Virus record (IMG/VR): IMGVR_UViG_3300023065_000014
Coordinates: 1-25,199 of that record
From: a virus
Lineage: Duplodnaviria > Caudoviricetes
DNA length: 25,199 bases
Reading direction: 5' to 3' (one strand)
The notes under the pieces are model-generated. The model did no database searches, was not told the DNA's origin, and saw nothing but the letters and a program-made list of their open reading frames with translations. Shown piece after piece: positions 4,999 to 14,091 of the stretch. The number at the start of each line of letters is the position of its first letter. Positions within the stretch are counted from its first letter, which is position 1. The position numbers and the translations under genes were made by a program.

Positions 4999-6256
4999 GT
5001 TTTCCCCTAAACAATTAGAAGTTATCTATCGGCCATATAATTACACCTTTGATGTACTTGAAGGGACGCCTAGATCAGGGAAGACAACAGCAGGGCACTT
5101 TCGCTATGCTGATTATTTGACATGGACAAGGGATACGAATCATTTGATTGTTGCTTATAACCAGGAGCAAGCACACCGTTTATTCATCGATGGTGATGGC
5201 ACTGGATTACAAAACATATTTGGAAACTTAGCGGATATTAAACATGACGAGCGTGGTTCTCACCTTGAAATACACACTCCGAATGGCATTAAGCGTGTCT
5301 ATTATAAAGGAGCAGGAAAAAGTAATAGTGTAGGTGCTATAACGGGTATGTCGCTTGGTAGTGTAGTATTTTGTGAGATTAACCTTCTTAATATGGGAAT
5401 GATTCAAGAGTGCTTCAGACGTACATTCGCAGCGCAAGACCGTTACCATTTAGCGGATTTAAATCCTCCCGCCCCTAACCATCCAGTTATATCAGAAGTA
5501 TTTGATGTACAAAATACACGTTGGACTCATTGGACTCCTGATGATAATCCGATTCTTACTGAGAAGAGGAAGCAGGAGATACATGAAATCCTTTCAAAGA
5601 ATCCTTACTTACTGGATCGAGATTGGTATGGTAAACGTGTTATGCCACAAGGTGTTATTTACTCCATGTTTAGCATGAAAGATAACATCATTCCTGCTGT
5701 TCGTGGTCAGAGATACGAAATGTACTTCACTGCTGATGGTGGTCAATCAGATGCTACTTCATGCAGTTGTAATATCGTTGTTAGGTATGAAGATAAATTC
5801 AGATTGCTGCGTGTGGCTAACTACTATCATAGTGGGAAAGATACAGGGCAAGTCAAAGCAATGTCCACTTACGCAAAAGAGATTAAGAAGTTCGTTGAAT
5901 GGTGTGTTAAGAAGTTTGAAATGCAATACACTGAAGTGTTTGTCGATCCAGCGTGTAAATCTTTAAGAGAAGAATTACACCTAATTGGTATTCAAACAAG
6001 CGGGGCAGACAACAACGCTCGTGATATAAAAGGTTCAAGCAAGGGAAAAGAAGTTGGTATCGAGAGACTTCAAAACGCCATTACTAACGAGCAATTTTTA
6101 CTTGTTGAGTGTGATGAGTATGACCATTATAACTTCCTAAAAGAAATTGGGATGTATGTCCGTTTAGATAACGGAGAACCGATAGACGCTTACAATCACG
6201 CCTTAGATGAGGCAAAATATAGTAATAATTACTTCTATAACAACTATGTAAAATAA
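4979..6256 (+). CDS. terL: Terminase large subunit (PBSX/SPP1-like, probably headful)
   Basis: Walker A GTPRSGKT, Walker B-like VVFCE, coupling motif DLNP, nuclease motifs ADGG, VDP and NHALD. 425 aa. Confidence 0.95.
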   Translation: MSKTAIKFSPKQLEVIYRPYNYTFDVLEGTPRSGKTTAGHFRYADYLTWTRDTNHLIVAYNQEQAHRLFIDGDGTGLQNIFGNLADIKHDERGSHLEIHTPNGIKRVYYKGAGKSNSVGAITGMSLGSVVFCEINLLNMGMIQECFRRTFAAQDRYHLADLNPPAPNHPVISEVFDVQNTRWTHWTPDDNPILTEKRKQEIHEILSKNPYLLDRDWYGKRVMPQGVIYSMFSMKDNIIPAVRGQRYEMYFTADGGQSDATSCSCNIVVRYEDKFRLLRVANYYHSGKDTGQVKAMSTYAKEIKKFVEWCVKKFEMQYTEVFVDPACKSLREELHLIGIQTSGADNNARDIKGSSKGKEVGIERLQNAITNEQFLLVECDEYDHYNFLKEIGMYVRLDNGEPIDAYNHALDEAKYSNNYFYNNYVK

Positions 6257-6268
6257 GGTGGTGATAAT

Positions 6269-7768
6269 ATGTTTAAAACTATCGCCAATGCGGTAAGGAG
6301 GTTGTTCACGAAAATGGGACTTATCAAAGGTATGAAAAAAGTTACCGATAACAGAAAGATAACTATCGATGAGGAATCGTACAAGCAAATAGATATATGG
6401 AAAGCTATCTATAGTGGTCATTTCGCTGAGTGGCATGATTTGAAATACCAAACGATTGAAGGACAGAAAACACGCCGTATGGCTTCATTGAATATGGCGA
6501 AAGTCGTATCTCAAGAAATGGCTTCTCTTATCTTCAATGAGAAATGTTCTATTAATATCTCAGATGAAACGCTATTCAATAACATCAAGAACGTTTTAGA
6601 TGATAATAACTTTACAAGAGAGTTTCAGAGGTATCTAGAATACATGTTAGCTCTTGGCGGTATGGTTATTAAAGTGTATTGGGATAATGGAATTAAACTT
6701 TCTTATGTCACCGCAGACTGTTTTGTCCCTGTATCGTGGGATAACAATAAAGTTACTGAAGGTGTATTTATTAATGAATCCACTAAAGGCGACAAGTATT
6801 ATACGCTGCTCGAATGGCATTTAATCGAAGGTACGCAGCATGTCATTAAAAATGAGCTGTATGAGAGTAAAAATAAGGGTGAATTAGGAACTAAAGTCTC
6901 TTTATCTATTCTGTACGCTGATTTGGAAGAAGAAGTTCGTATTGATGACTTATCTAAGCCGATGTTTGTGTATTTCAAACCGAATACAGCAAACAATTTC
7001 GACTTATATTCACCTTTGGGGATCTCAATATATGCGAACTCATTAGATGTATTAAAATCTCTTGATATCGCATTCGATAGCTTCCAAAGGGAATTCGTTT
7101 TAGGTAAGAAACGCATTATTGTACCTGCTTCTGCTATCAAATATGTAACGGATCCGATTTCTGGACAACAACAACGCTACTTTGATGCATCGGACGAAGT
7201 ATATGAAGCGATGAAGTTCGAAGAAAACCAGGAAATAAAAGATATATCTGTTGAATTACGCGTTGAAGAACATAAAGCGGCAATAAATGCGCTGTTAAAT
7301 TACTATTCAATGCAGACGGGCTTCTCTACCGGTGCATTTAGCTTTGATGGTCAAGGAGTTAAAACAGCAACAGAAGTTGTAAGCGAAAACTCCAAGACAT
7401 TTAAAACAAAACAGTCGCATGAAACGATTATTGAGGATGGTATTCGCGACTTAGTGGATATTGTTATCGAAGTTGCTTCTTTATATGACGAATTTGAAAG
7501 CGCTGATGAATATGAAGTCACAGTAACCTTTGATGACTCTATAGCAGAAGATCAGGCTGCTGAAATCAATAAGCAAATCTTACTTGTTACCAACAATTTG
7601 ACAACTAAGAAAAAAGCGATTATGAAAATTCACGGCGTTTCTGAAGAAGAAGCGACTCAAATGTTAGAAGAAATAACGGAAGAGAATAGAATGGCCCTTC
7701 CTGAAAATGTTGATTTCTTCGGATTGGAAGGGAATCAACAGAAAAATAATGATCCAGGAGCTGAGTAA
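6269..7768 (+). CDS. Portal protein (A118/SPP1 gp6-like)
   Basis: 499 aa directly after terL. SPLGISIY, KTATEV and VTFDDSI motifs are typical of A118-type portals. Confidence 0.95.
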   Translation: MFKTIANAVRRLFTKMGLIKGMKKVTDNRKITIDEESYKQIDIWKAIYSGHFAEWHDLKYQTIEGQKTRRMASLNMAKVVSQEMASLIFNEKCSINISDETLFNNIKNVLDDNNFTREFQRYLEYMLALGGMVIKVYWDNGIKLSYVTADCFVPVSWDNNKVTEGVFINESTKGDKYYTLLEWHLIEGTQHVIKNELYESKNKGELGTKVSLSILYADLEEEVRIDDLSKPMFVYFKPNTANNFDLYSPLGISIYANSLDVLKSLDIAFDSFQREFVLGKKRIIVPASAIKYVTDPISGQQQRYFDASDEVYEAMKFEENQEIKDISVELRVEEHKAAINALLNYYSMQTGFSTGAFSFDGQGVKTATEVVSENSKTFKTKQSHETIIEDGIRDLVDIVIEVASLYDEFESADEYEVTVTFDDSIAEDQAAEINKQILLVTNNLTTKKKAIMKIHGVSEEEATQMLEEITEENRMALPENVDFFGLEGNQQKNNDPGAE

Positions 7769-7770
7769 TC

Positions 7771-8892
7771 ATGGCATTACCTCCTGAGAAATTACTGCAG
7801 CTCTCTATATTCGTAGTTGATATTTACAACGCGATTGAAGAAGAGTTGCTTTTAAACATGGCAAAAATACTTAAAAATGATATTGAATTGCTGCTAACTG
7901 CTGAAAACGCAGAGCAATATCAACACTGGAGAATGGTTCAGTTAAATAAATTAGGTGTTTTGAATCAACAACAAATCAATACCATCGCTCGACATAGTGG
8001 TAAAACGGCTGAAGAAGTGCATACGATGCTACAAACAGCCGGATATACTGCAGTCGAACAACACGAAGGCATTTATAAGAAAGCCGTGCAACTCGGTTTA
8101 TTAGCCGCTACTTCTGTAGCACAAACAAGTACCGCTTTAATTGGCATTCTGAATGCATACGAGCGGCAAGCATTAGAGACTTTTAATCTCGTTAATACAA
8201 CGATGCTTAAACAGGCTCAACAAGTCTATTTGGATATTTTAAATACAACGGTAGGCAAGGTGTTAGGTGGTGTTATAACACCACAACAAGCACTTAGACA
8301 AACTGTTTCCAAATGGGCTCAGAAAGGTATTCCTGCTTTTATTGATAAGGCCGGTAGAAAATGGAGTACAGAAGCTTATATAAACAACGTTACACGTTCT
8401 ACTAGTAATAATGTAGCGAATGAGATGCAGATGAAACGTGGCGATGAATACGGTGTGGACTTAATAGAAGTTAGCAGCCATTTAGGAGCGAGACCGCTCT
8501 GTCGAAAATGGCAAGGCGCTATATATTCTAAAAGTGGTAAACATAAAAAATATCGCCCGCTGTCTGATACATCTTATGGTGAAGCAGCAGGACTTGGAGG
8601 GTGTAATTGTCGGCACCAATTCTACCCATTCATTGAAGGTGTATCGACACAACGATACGAGCCATACGACGATACTGAGAACGACAGAGTATACAAAGAA
8701 AGCCAACAGCAAAGACACCTGGAACGGCAGATAAGAAAAGCGAAGAAAGAAGTCAAGGTTATGGAAGCGTTAGGTGATCCAGAAGGCGTGAAAGAAGCGA
8801 AGAATAAGGTTTCGCAACGACAAGCTGCTATGAGAGAATTCATCAACCAAACGAAACGTAAACGTCAATATAACAGAGAACAAATTGTATAG
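7771..8892 (+). CDS. Minor capsid / head morphogenesis protein (Phage_min_cap2-like)
   Basis: DKAGRKWSTEAY, VSSHLGARPLC, GLGGCNCRH and QQQRHLERQIR motifs. Follows the portal. Confidence 0.92.
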   Translation: MALPPEKLLQLSIFVVDIYNAIEEELLLNMAKILKNDIELLLTAENAEQYQHWRMVQLNKLGVLNQQQINTIARHSGKTAEEVHTMLQTAGYTAVEQHEGIYKKAVQLGLLAATSVAQTSTALIGILNAYERQALETFNLVNTTMLKQAQQVYLDILNTTVGKVLGGVITPQQALRQTVSKWAQKGIPAFIDKAGRKWSTEAYINNVTRSTSNNVANEMQMKRGDEYGVDLIEVSSHLGARPLCRKWQGAIYSKSGKHKKYRPLSDTSYGEAAGLGGCNCRHQFYPFIEGVSTQRYEPYDDTENDRVYKESQQQRHLERQIRKAKKEVKVMEALGDPEGVKEAKNKVSQRQAAMREFINQTKRKRQYNREQIV

Positions 8893-8903
8893 GAGGAACT
8901 AAT

Positions 8904-9146
8904 ATGAATTTCGGACAAGCTTTAGAAGCCTTAAAACAAGGGAAAAAGGTGACACGCTCTATTTGGGGTGGTCATTGGTTTCTATCCAAGAATCCAGAGG
9001 TAAAAGAAGAACTGGACGCTGGATATGTAAGAGGATTTCAAACTCACGATATGATATTCGCTGTATTAAAAGATAATGGTGGGGTTGCTCCTGCTCAAGC
9101 GTACCAAGCTGATATGTTAGCAGAAGATTGGGAGGTTGTTGAATAA
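8904..9146 (+). CDS. tad2: DUF2829 / Tad2-like nucleotide-sponge anti-defence protein
   Basis: Family signature MNFGQALEALKQGKKVTR..W at the N-terminus and QADMLAEDWEVV at the C-terminus. RBS AGGAGG. Confidence 0.8.
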   Translation: MNFGQALEALKQGKKVTRSIWGGHWFLSKNPEVKEELDAGYVRGFQTHDMIFAVLKDNGGVAPAQAYQADMLAEDWEVVE

Positions 9147-9421
9147 TGAAAAACACGATTACTCAAGAAGATATTAATAGCATTTTAGAAAAGATTCATT
9201 GGACAGTAGAAGAGTTTCACGGCAAATGTACAGTAGTAGTCGCTAAATTGCCAAACGGATTTATTCTAACTGAATCAAGTGCATGTGTAGATCCTGCTAA
9301 TTATGATGTAAACATCGGCATCGAATGCTGCAAAGAGCGCATCGTTAATAAAGTTTGGGAGTTAGAAGGATATCGTTTGCAATGTGAAGTTGCGGAAAAA
9401 TCCTTTAAAAAGGAGGAATAA
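9146..9421 (+). CDS. acb4: Phage Gp49/66-family protein (Acb4-like anti-CBASS sponge)
   Basis: TVVVAKLPNGFILTESSACVDPANYDVNIG...NKVWELEGY matches the Phage_gp49_66 pattern. The link between this family and Acb4 is from memory. TAATG coupling to the previous gene. Confidence 0.7.
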   Translation: MKNTITQEDINSILEKIHWTVEEFHGKCTVVVAKLPNGFILTESSACVDPANYDVNIGIECCKERIVNKVWELEGYRLQCEVAEKSFKKEE

Positions 9422-9423
9422 CG

Positions 9424-9633
9424 ATGGTTTATGTATTATTTTCTTTAAAAACTGACCCGCACATCAAGTTATCTATCGAAGATAAAAGTGAGCAAGATGT
9501 AATGAAATCACTTGAACCACAATTTAAATCAGGTTCTACTTACATCTACCTAGATAAAGCTATTATAGAAAAAGAACAAATCGCAGCTGTTCAAGTATCT
9601 GAGAAAGGAGTTTTTATAAATGTTCACAACTAA
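9424..9633 (+). CDS. Hypothetical protein, 69 aa (third gene of the insert)
   Basis: RBS AAGGAGG; starts 2 nt after the previous stop; 3' end overlaps the scaffold start. Confidence 0.8.
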   Translation: MVYVLFSLKTDPHIKLSIEDKSEQDVMKSLEPQFKSGSTYIYLDKAIIEKEQIAAVQVSEKGVFINVHN

Positions 9634-10261
9634 ATATCGATTACCTTTAAATTTACAATTCTTCTCTGAGGGAGGAGAACCTACACAAACTCCACCTGAA
9701 GGAGGTGATCCTAATGTAACACCAGAAACTACACCACCAGCTCAAGAACCACCTGTACAGCCGCCTGTTACCTTTACACAAGAGCAGATGGATGAAGTGA
9801 AACAGCAGCAGGAAGCATCATTCTTGAAGAAACTTGGTGTGGAGAACTTAGATCAGTTGAAACAAACGGTAAAAGGTTGGAATGAATACCAAGAGTCACA
9901 GAAAACAGAGCAAGAAAAAATAAATGAAAAGTTAACAACCTTTGAGACTCAATTAAAAGAAAAAGATGAGTCTCTTTTTAATTCTCAGGCGCAAATAGCC
10001 GCGCTTAAATTAGATATCAAAGAAGAAAAGAACTTAAATGCAGTTATTACTCTAGCGAAAACTAAGGTTAATGATGATGTAGACATTACAAAGGCTATCG
10101 AAATGGTAGTTGAAGAGTTTCCACATTTTAAAGGTGTAGTGGAGCAGCCACCTGCAGATCCAGGAAAGCCGAAACCGACATTTTCAAACGGCCAACACCA
10201 ACAAACGTCAATGACAGAGTCTGACAAATGGTTTGCGGCGTTCGGAGTTAAAAAGCAATAA
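9620..10261 (+). CDS. Capsid scaffolding protein
   Basis: N-terminal LNLQFF motif, Pro-rich linker, coiled coil, position immediately before the MCP. Confidence 0.9.
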   Translation: MFTTKYRLPLNLQFFSEGGEPTQTPPEGGDPNVTPETTPPAQEPPVQPPVTFTQEQMDEVKQQQEASFLKKLGVENLDQLKQTVKGWNEYQESQKTEQEKINEKLTTFETQLKEKDESLFNSQAQIAALKLDIKEEKNLNAVITLAKTKVNDDVDITKAIEMVVEEFPHFKGVVEQPPADPGKPKPTFSNGQHQQTSMTESDKWFAAFGVKKQ

Positions 10262-10270
10262 GTTTTGATG

Positions 10271-10301
10271 AAGTCATTCTTTGTTGATGGCTTTTTGTTT
10301 T
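10271..10301 (+). terminator. Terminator-like hairpin between scaffold and MCP
   Basis: AAGTCATT-ctttgtt-GATGGCTT then TTTGTTTT. Confidence 0.45.
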
Positions 10302-10336
10302 GAAAAAATTATAAAAAATAGGGAGTTGTTTTATAC

Positions 10337-11230
10337 ATGGCTACACTAAATTATGCTTCACAATATCAAGAAGTACTTGTTCAAAAGTTTTCGCAAGCAT
10401 TAGCATTCGGAGCATTATATGCTACACCTAATAACAGCGTTGTAAAATGGACAGGACCAAAAACAATCATGATTCCACGTATTAAAGTCGGCGGTTACAC
10501 TGATGTAAATCGTGACGTTGTCGGAAACTATACGCGCCGCGTTGACAATTCATTCGAACCAAAAACTTTAGGCCATGACCGCGAATTCCGTACTTTAGTT
10601 GATCCAGTAGACGTTGACGAAACAAACATGGCTCTTTCTATCGCTAATATTACGCGCGTGTTTAATGAAGAAGAAGCAACGCCAGAGCACGATAAATACA
10701 TGGCTTCTAAATTATATGCTGAATTCACAGGAGCAGGGAAAACTGCTGATGTAACTGTACTTGATCCTGCAAGTTTCCTTACTGTATTTGATAACTTCAT
10801 GGAACAAATGGACGAAGCAGAAGTGCCGCAAACAGGACGCATTCTTTATATTACGCCTACTGTTAAAAAGACTGTAAAAGCAGCTAAAGAATTACAACGT
10901 CAACTTGATATCTCTGGTACTAATGAAAAAGCGTTAAACCGCGGCGTATATTCGCTTGATGATGTAACAATCGTAACAGTACCATCAAGCCGCATGAAAA
11001 CAGCATACAACTTTACGAATGGAGCAGTACCGGATGCAGCAGCAAAACAGATCAACATGATCTTAATTCATCCATTATCAATGGTAGCTCCACAAAAATA
11101 TGAATTTGTTGATCTAGACACTCCAAGCGCATCAACAGGTGGCAAATACCTTTACTATGAGCGCAAATACTGGGATGTATTCATTTTAGGCGCTAAAGTT
11201 GATGGTGTTAAATTCAACATTACAGCATAA
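10337..11230 (+). CDS. Major capsid protein
   Basis: 297 aa after the scaffold. GPKTIMIPRI, LGHDR...VDPVDVDET and YYERKYWDVF motifs are typical of Firmicute siphophage capsids. Followed by a terminator. Confidence 0.92.
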   Translation: MATLNYASQYQEVLVQKFSQALAFGALYATPNNSVVKWTGPKTIMIPRIKVGGYTDVNRDVVGNYTRRVDNSFEPKTLGHDREFRTLVDPVDVDETNMALSIANITRVFNEEEATPEHDKYMASKLYAEFTGAGKTADVTVLDPASFLTVFDNFMEQMDEAEVPQTGRILYITPTVKKTVKAAKELQRQLDISGTNEKALNRGVYSLDDVTIVTVPSSRMKTAYNFTNGAVPDAAAKQINMILIHPLSMVAPQKYEFVDLDTPSASTGGKYLYYERKYWDVFILGAKVDGVKFNITA

Positions 11231-11260
11231 GAGAGGCTTTTATAGCTTCTCTTTTTTATT
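11229..11260 (+). terminator. Intrinsic terminator after the MCP
   Basis: AAGAGAGGCT-tttat-AGCTTCTCTT then TTTTATT. Confidence 0.8.
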
Positions 11261-11280
11261 ATGAAAGGAATGGTGGTTAC

Positions 11281-11520
11281 ATGAGTAACACAGTAAAAGT
11301 GCAACGATTGAATAAAGTATTACACATTGAAAAAGACTTCTTAGAAAGTTATCTGAATGATGGTTTTGATCAGATCGGCGAAGAAGGAAAGATCATCAAA
11401 CGTGCTACTGGCGGCCGCAATGTTACTGTATCAGAGCATAACGCAGCACTTGATCGCATCGAAGAACTAGAAGCGGAATTAAAAGAGTTAAAAGCGCCTA
11501 AAAAATCTGCAGCCAAGTAG
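11281..11520 (+). CDS. Small head-module protein with C-terminal coiled coil
   Basis: 79-aa ORF with RBS, between the MCP and the connector gene. Confidence 0.8.
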   Translation: MSNTVKVQRLNKVLHIEKDFLESYLNDGFDQIGEEGKIIKRATGGRNVTVSEHNAALDRIEELEAELKELKAPKKSAAK

Positions 11521-11528
11521 GTGATCAC

Positions 11529-11930
11529 ATGCCTTATATAGATGTTGATTACTATAATAACGATTACGAAGGGACTCAAGTCTCTGATGAAACGTTATTA
11601 AAAAGAATGATAAAAAGAGCCAGTGAGCAGATAGATAGCATCATAGGTTACAAATTACAAGGAGTTGACTTCGATAAAGTTGCTCCTTTTATTCGTGAGC
11701 AAGTCAAAAAAGCTACTGCAGCACAAGTTGAATTTCTAGCTATTAACGGCATTACTTCTGCAACTGTAAGTGAAGGCGGCGGCGGTTTCTCTGTTGGAGC
11801 TTATTCTGAGAATGGAATGAGTGCAGGAGCGGCAAGTGCACCTAGTCATTATGACCGTTATGCGATTACTGTAGTTGATTATCTGAAGCATACAGGACTT
11901 CTTTATGCAGGGATTGGTGTACATGGCTAA
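11529..11930 (+). CDS. Head-tail connector (adaptor) protein
   Basis: MPYIDVDYY...RASEQID...VKKATAAQVE...YLKHTGLLYAG pattern plus synteny. Confidence 0.8.
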   Translation: MPYIDVDYYNNDYEGTQVSDETLLKRMIKRASEQIDSIIGYKLQGVDFDKVAPFIREQVKKATAAQVEFLAINGITSATVSEGGGGFSVGAYSENGMSAGAASAPSHYDRYAITVVDYLKHTGLLYAGIGVHG

Positions 11931-12258
11931 ACCGATACGGTTATCATTGCTGATTCACACTGTAGATTATCTGGAATATACCGGAGAAGATGATACATGG
12001 GGTGGAAATGGTAACTATGCTCCTGCTGTAAGAATCGAAAGAGTAAGAGTGGAGCCTAAGAAGACTGTCGTATCTAACGGAAACGGTGAGAGCCTTGTTA
12101 TGCAAATACTCTTATTTCATGATGCAGTTCATTCAACACCTGTTACTTTCGAGGAGAAGTCCAAAGTCATATTTAACGGAAAAGAAATGACCGTTAGCAA
12201 AGTCAGTGAATTTTATGATAGAAGCAATCTTCATCATGTGGAGGTACTGCTAGTATGA
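11923..12258 (+). CDS. Head completion protein (A118 Minor_capsid_1-like)
   Basis: Start 11923 overlaps the previous stop. LLIHTV...HHVEVLLV pattern plus synteny. Confidence 0.75.
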   Translation: MAKPIRLSLLIHTVDYLEYTGEDDTWGGNGNYAPAVRIERVRVEPKKTVVSNGNGESLVMQILLFHDAVHSTPVTFEEKSKVIFNGKEMTVSKVSEFYDRSNLHHVEVLLV

Positions 12259-12605
12259 TTCGTTTGAATATCCGAATTGATACACCTGATATCGAGGGGA
12301 AAGTAATGGAAGCTACTCAGAAAGCGCAATTTGCACTAGATCAGCAGGTGCTTAAAGACAGTAATTTCTACATTCCGAAAGATACAGGTGAATTAGAAAG
12401 ATCTGGCGTTAGATTCAGCAGGCCAGGAGAGGGACATATTGAATGGTCAACACCTTATGCGCGACGCTTGTATTGGAATCCGCAATATTCTTTCTCTCAT
12501 GACGCGAACCCTAATGCGATGGGGCTCTGGTTCGAAGAGGCAAAAGCTAGGAATGTAACGGATTGGGTAAGAATTGTAGAAAACGATATTAAGCGAAACT
12601 TATAG
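12255..12605 (+). CDS. Neck / tail completion protein (Minor_capsid_2-like)
   Basis: YIPKDTGELERS, TPYARRLY and WFEEAK motifs. ATGA overlap. Confidence 0.8.
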   Translation: MIRLNIRIDTPDIEGKVMEATQKAQFALDQQVLKDSNFYIPKDTGELERSGVRFSRPGEGHIEWSTPYARRLYWNPQYSFSHDANPNAMGLWFEEAKARNVTDWVRIVENDIKRNL

Positions 12606-12615
12606 GAGGACAAAC

Positions 12616-13038
12616 ATGATATGGCTAATTGAATCGGTCAAGAAACATTTAACCACTACTTTGCAGCCGGGTATCCTATTTGCTCCTATAAAAGCCGATT
12701 TATTGGATATAGGAGCAAATGATACACCGCGAAAAAGTATTGCTATTAGAATGATTCCGTCAGCAGCAGGAGAACAATATTTCGAAGGTGAAAACATCAA
12801 CAAGCAAATTCAAATTCTCGCAAAAAGTAGTAACCAACTGGAAGTAAACAACACAGTTGAATTTATTACAAGGGAACTAAATAACGTTCATAGGCGTGTA
12901 TTTAACGCTATTGATGGCTCCTATACACTAAGACGACTCAATGTGTATGTGGAGCCTAATTTCGTTGAGAAGACAGCAGCAAATGAGTTTATATACACCG
13001 CACTTTTTTCTGCGGAATTAGAAATAGGAGGTAATTAA
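12616..13038 (+). CDS. Tail terminator-like protein (Minor_capsid_3-like)
   Basis: 140 aa, RBS AGGAGG, immediately upstream of the tail tube gene. Confidence 0.7.
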   Translation: MIWLIESVKKHLTTTLQPGILFAPIKADLLDIGANDTPRKSIAIRMIPSAAGEQYFEGENINKQIQILAKSSNQLEVNNTVEFITRELNNVHRRVFNAIDGSYTLRRLNVYVEPNFVEKTAANEFIYTALFSAELEIGGN

Positions 13039-13041
13039 TAT

Positions 13042-13479
13042 ATGGCATATCTGTTGAACCATCTTTATAAATTTGAAATCAATGTAGGAACGGAGTCTAC
13101 TCCTAAGTGGGCTGTTATTGCTAAGGGTATCAAGTCAGTAGATCCCGATAATAACGAGGAAGTAGAAGAGGACTACTACTATGATGGTGGAGGCGCTTCT
13201 GAGCGTTCTGTTATTGGTTTCATGATGAGTTATTCCTTTGAAGGTCATCGTTCTTATGGCGATGAGGCTCAAGACTTTATCCTTAAGAAAGTTAACCAAA
13301 TTGGAGACGCTCGTAAGACTGACTTTAGAGTGACTGAGCCAAACGGTGACAAATGGGAAGGTCCTTCAACTATCTCAGAGATCAAAGTTCCCGGAGGAGA
13401 TGCGAATAGCAAGGGTGAGATTGAGTTTAATATTTCCTTTGACGGAGCTCCAAAATTTACAGAAAAAGGCGCAGCTTAA
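13042..13479 (+). CDS. Major tail (tube) protein
   Basis: YYYDGGG, FEGHRSYGDEAQDFI and GGDANSKGEIEFNISFDGAP motifs of A118-like tail tubes. Confidence 0.88.
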   Translation: MAYLLNHLYKFEINVGTESTPKWAVIAKGIKSVDPDNNEEVEEDYYYDGGGASERSVIGFMMSYSFEGHRSYGDEAQDFILKKVNQIGDARKTDFRVTEPNGDKWEGPSTISEIKVPGGDANSKGEIEFNISFDGAPKFTEKGAA

Positions 13480-13505
13480 TAGTTCTGCATTTCTCTTCCG
13501 TTCAT

Positions 13506-13566
13506 GCTATCGAATTACACTGAGAGGGAGCTTGTATTGATTCCCTTCTCGGTGGATAGCTTTTTT
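13506..13566 (+). terminator. Extended hairpin / terminator after the tail tube gene
   Basis: GCTATC...CACTGAGAGGGA / TCCCTTCTCGGTG-GATAGC followed by a T7 run. Confidence 0.55.
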
Positions 13567-13663
13567 AAAGTGACAAAAATAGTACAAAATATACTTTTAA
13601 CTTATTCGAATAAATTAAAAACCTCGACGGAGGCAAATATAAAACCAAAGGGAGATAACCATA

Positions 13664-14080
13664 ATGACTAACGTAGTAGAAAACAAGTTTCAATTTAACT
13701 TCGAGAAAACTTATAGAGAGATTGATGTAGCAGGGAAACTTTACAAGGTGAGCTTTGATGATGAGTCAATGTTCAAGTATCAAGAATGTTTCGTTGCTTA
13801 CGAGAAGAAAGCCAAGGAGTTACAGGCTGAAGAAGTTGATATCCGTGAAGCTACTCCAGAACAACTACGTGATATGAATGCAAAGCAACGTGAGGTTGTA
13901 AAAGATGCTATCGAGATATTCTTAGGTGAAGATACTTTTGAGGAACTGTATAGGAAAGCAGGACGCTCTATTATGAATCTATTTAGTTTAGTAAATTATT
14001 TAACTAAACTAGTAGAAGCAGAGCTACGTGCTAAAGCTGGAAGTAACTTAGACGCATACTTGACTAACACTAAGAAGTAA
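13664..14080 (+). CDS. Tail assembly chaperone
   Basis: 138 aa, charged and helical. IEIFLGEDTFEELY pattern. Lies between tail tube and TMP. Confidence 0.75.
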   Translation: MTNVVENKFQFNFEKTYREIDVAGKLYKVSFDDESMFKYQECFVAYEKKAKELQAEEVDIREATPEQLRDMNAKQREVVKDAIEIFLGEDTFEELYRKAGRSIMNLFSLVNYLTKLVEAELRAKAGSNLDAYLTNTKK

Positions 14081-14091
14081 GGTGATCGCTT

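Noticed and set aside
4979-7768. Intein or intron in terL or portal
   Set aside because: Both ORFs are uninterrupted and of ordinary length, with no intein motifs noticed.
11200-11290. Programmed frameshift extending the major capsid protein (as in A118)
   Set aside because: The gene ends ACA GCA TAA with no slippery CCC-TAA, and a terminator follows.
13346-13540. Frameshift extension of the tail tube protein
   Set aside because: No canonical slippery site. The +1 frame would add only about 20 residues and no Ig-like domain follows.
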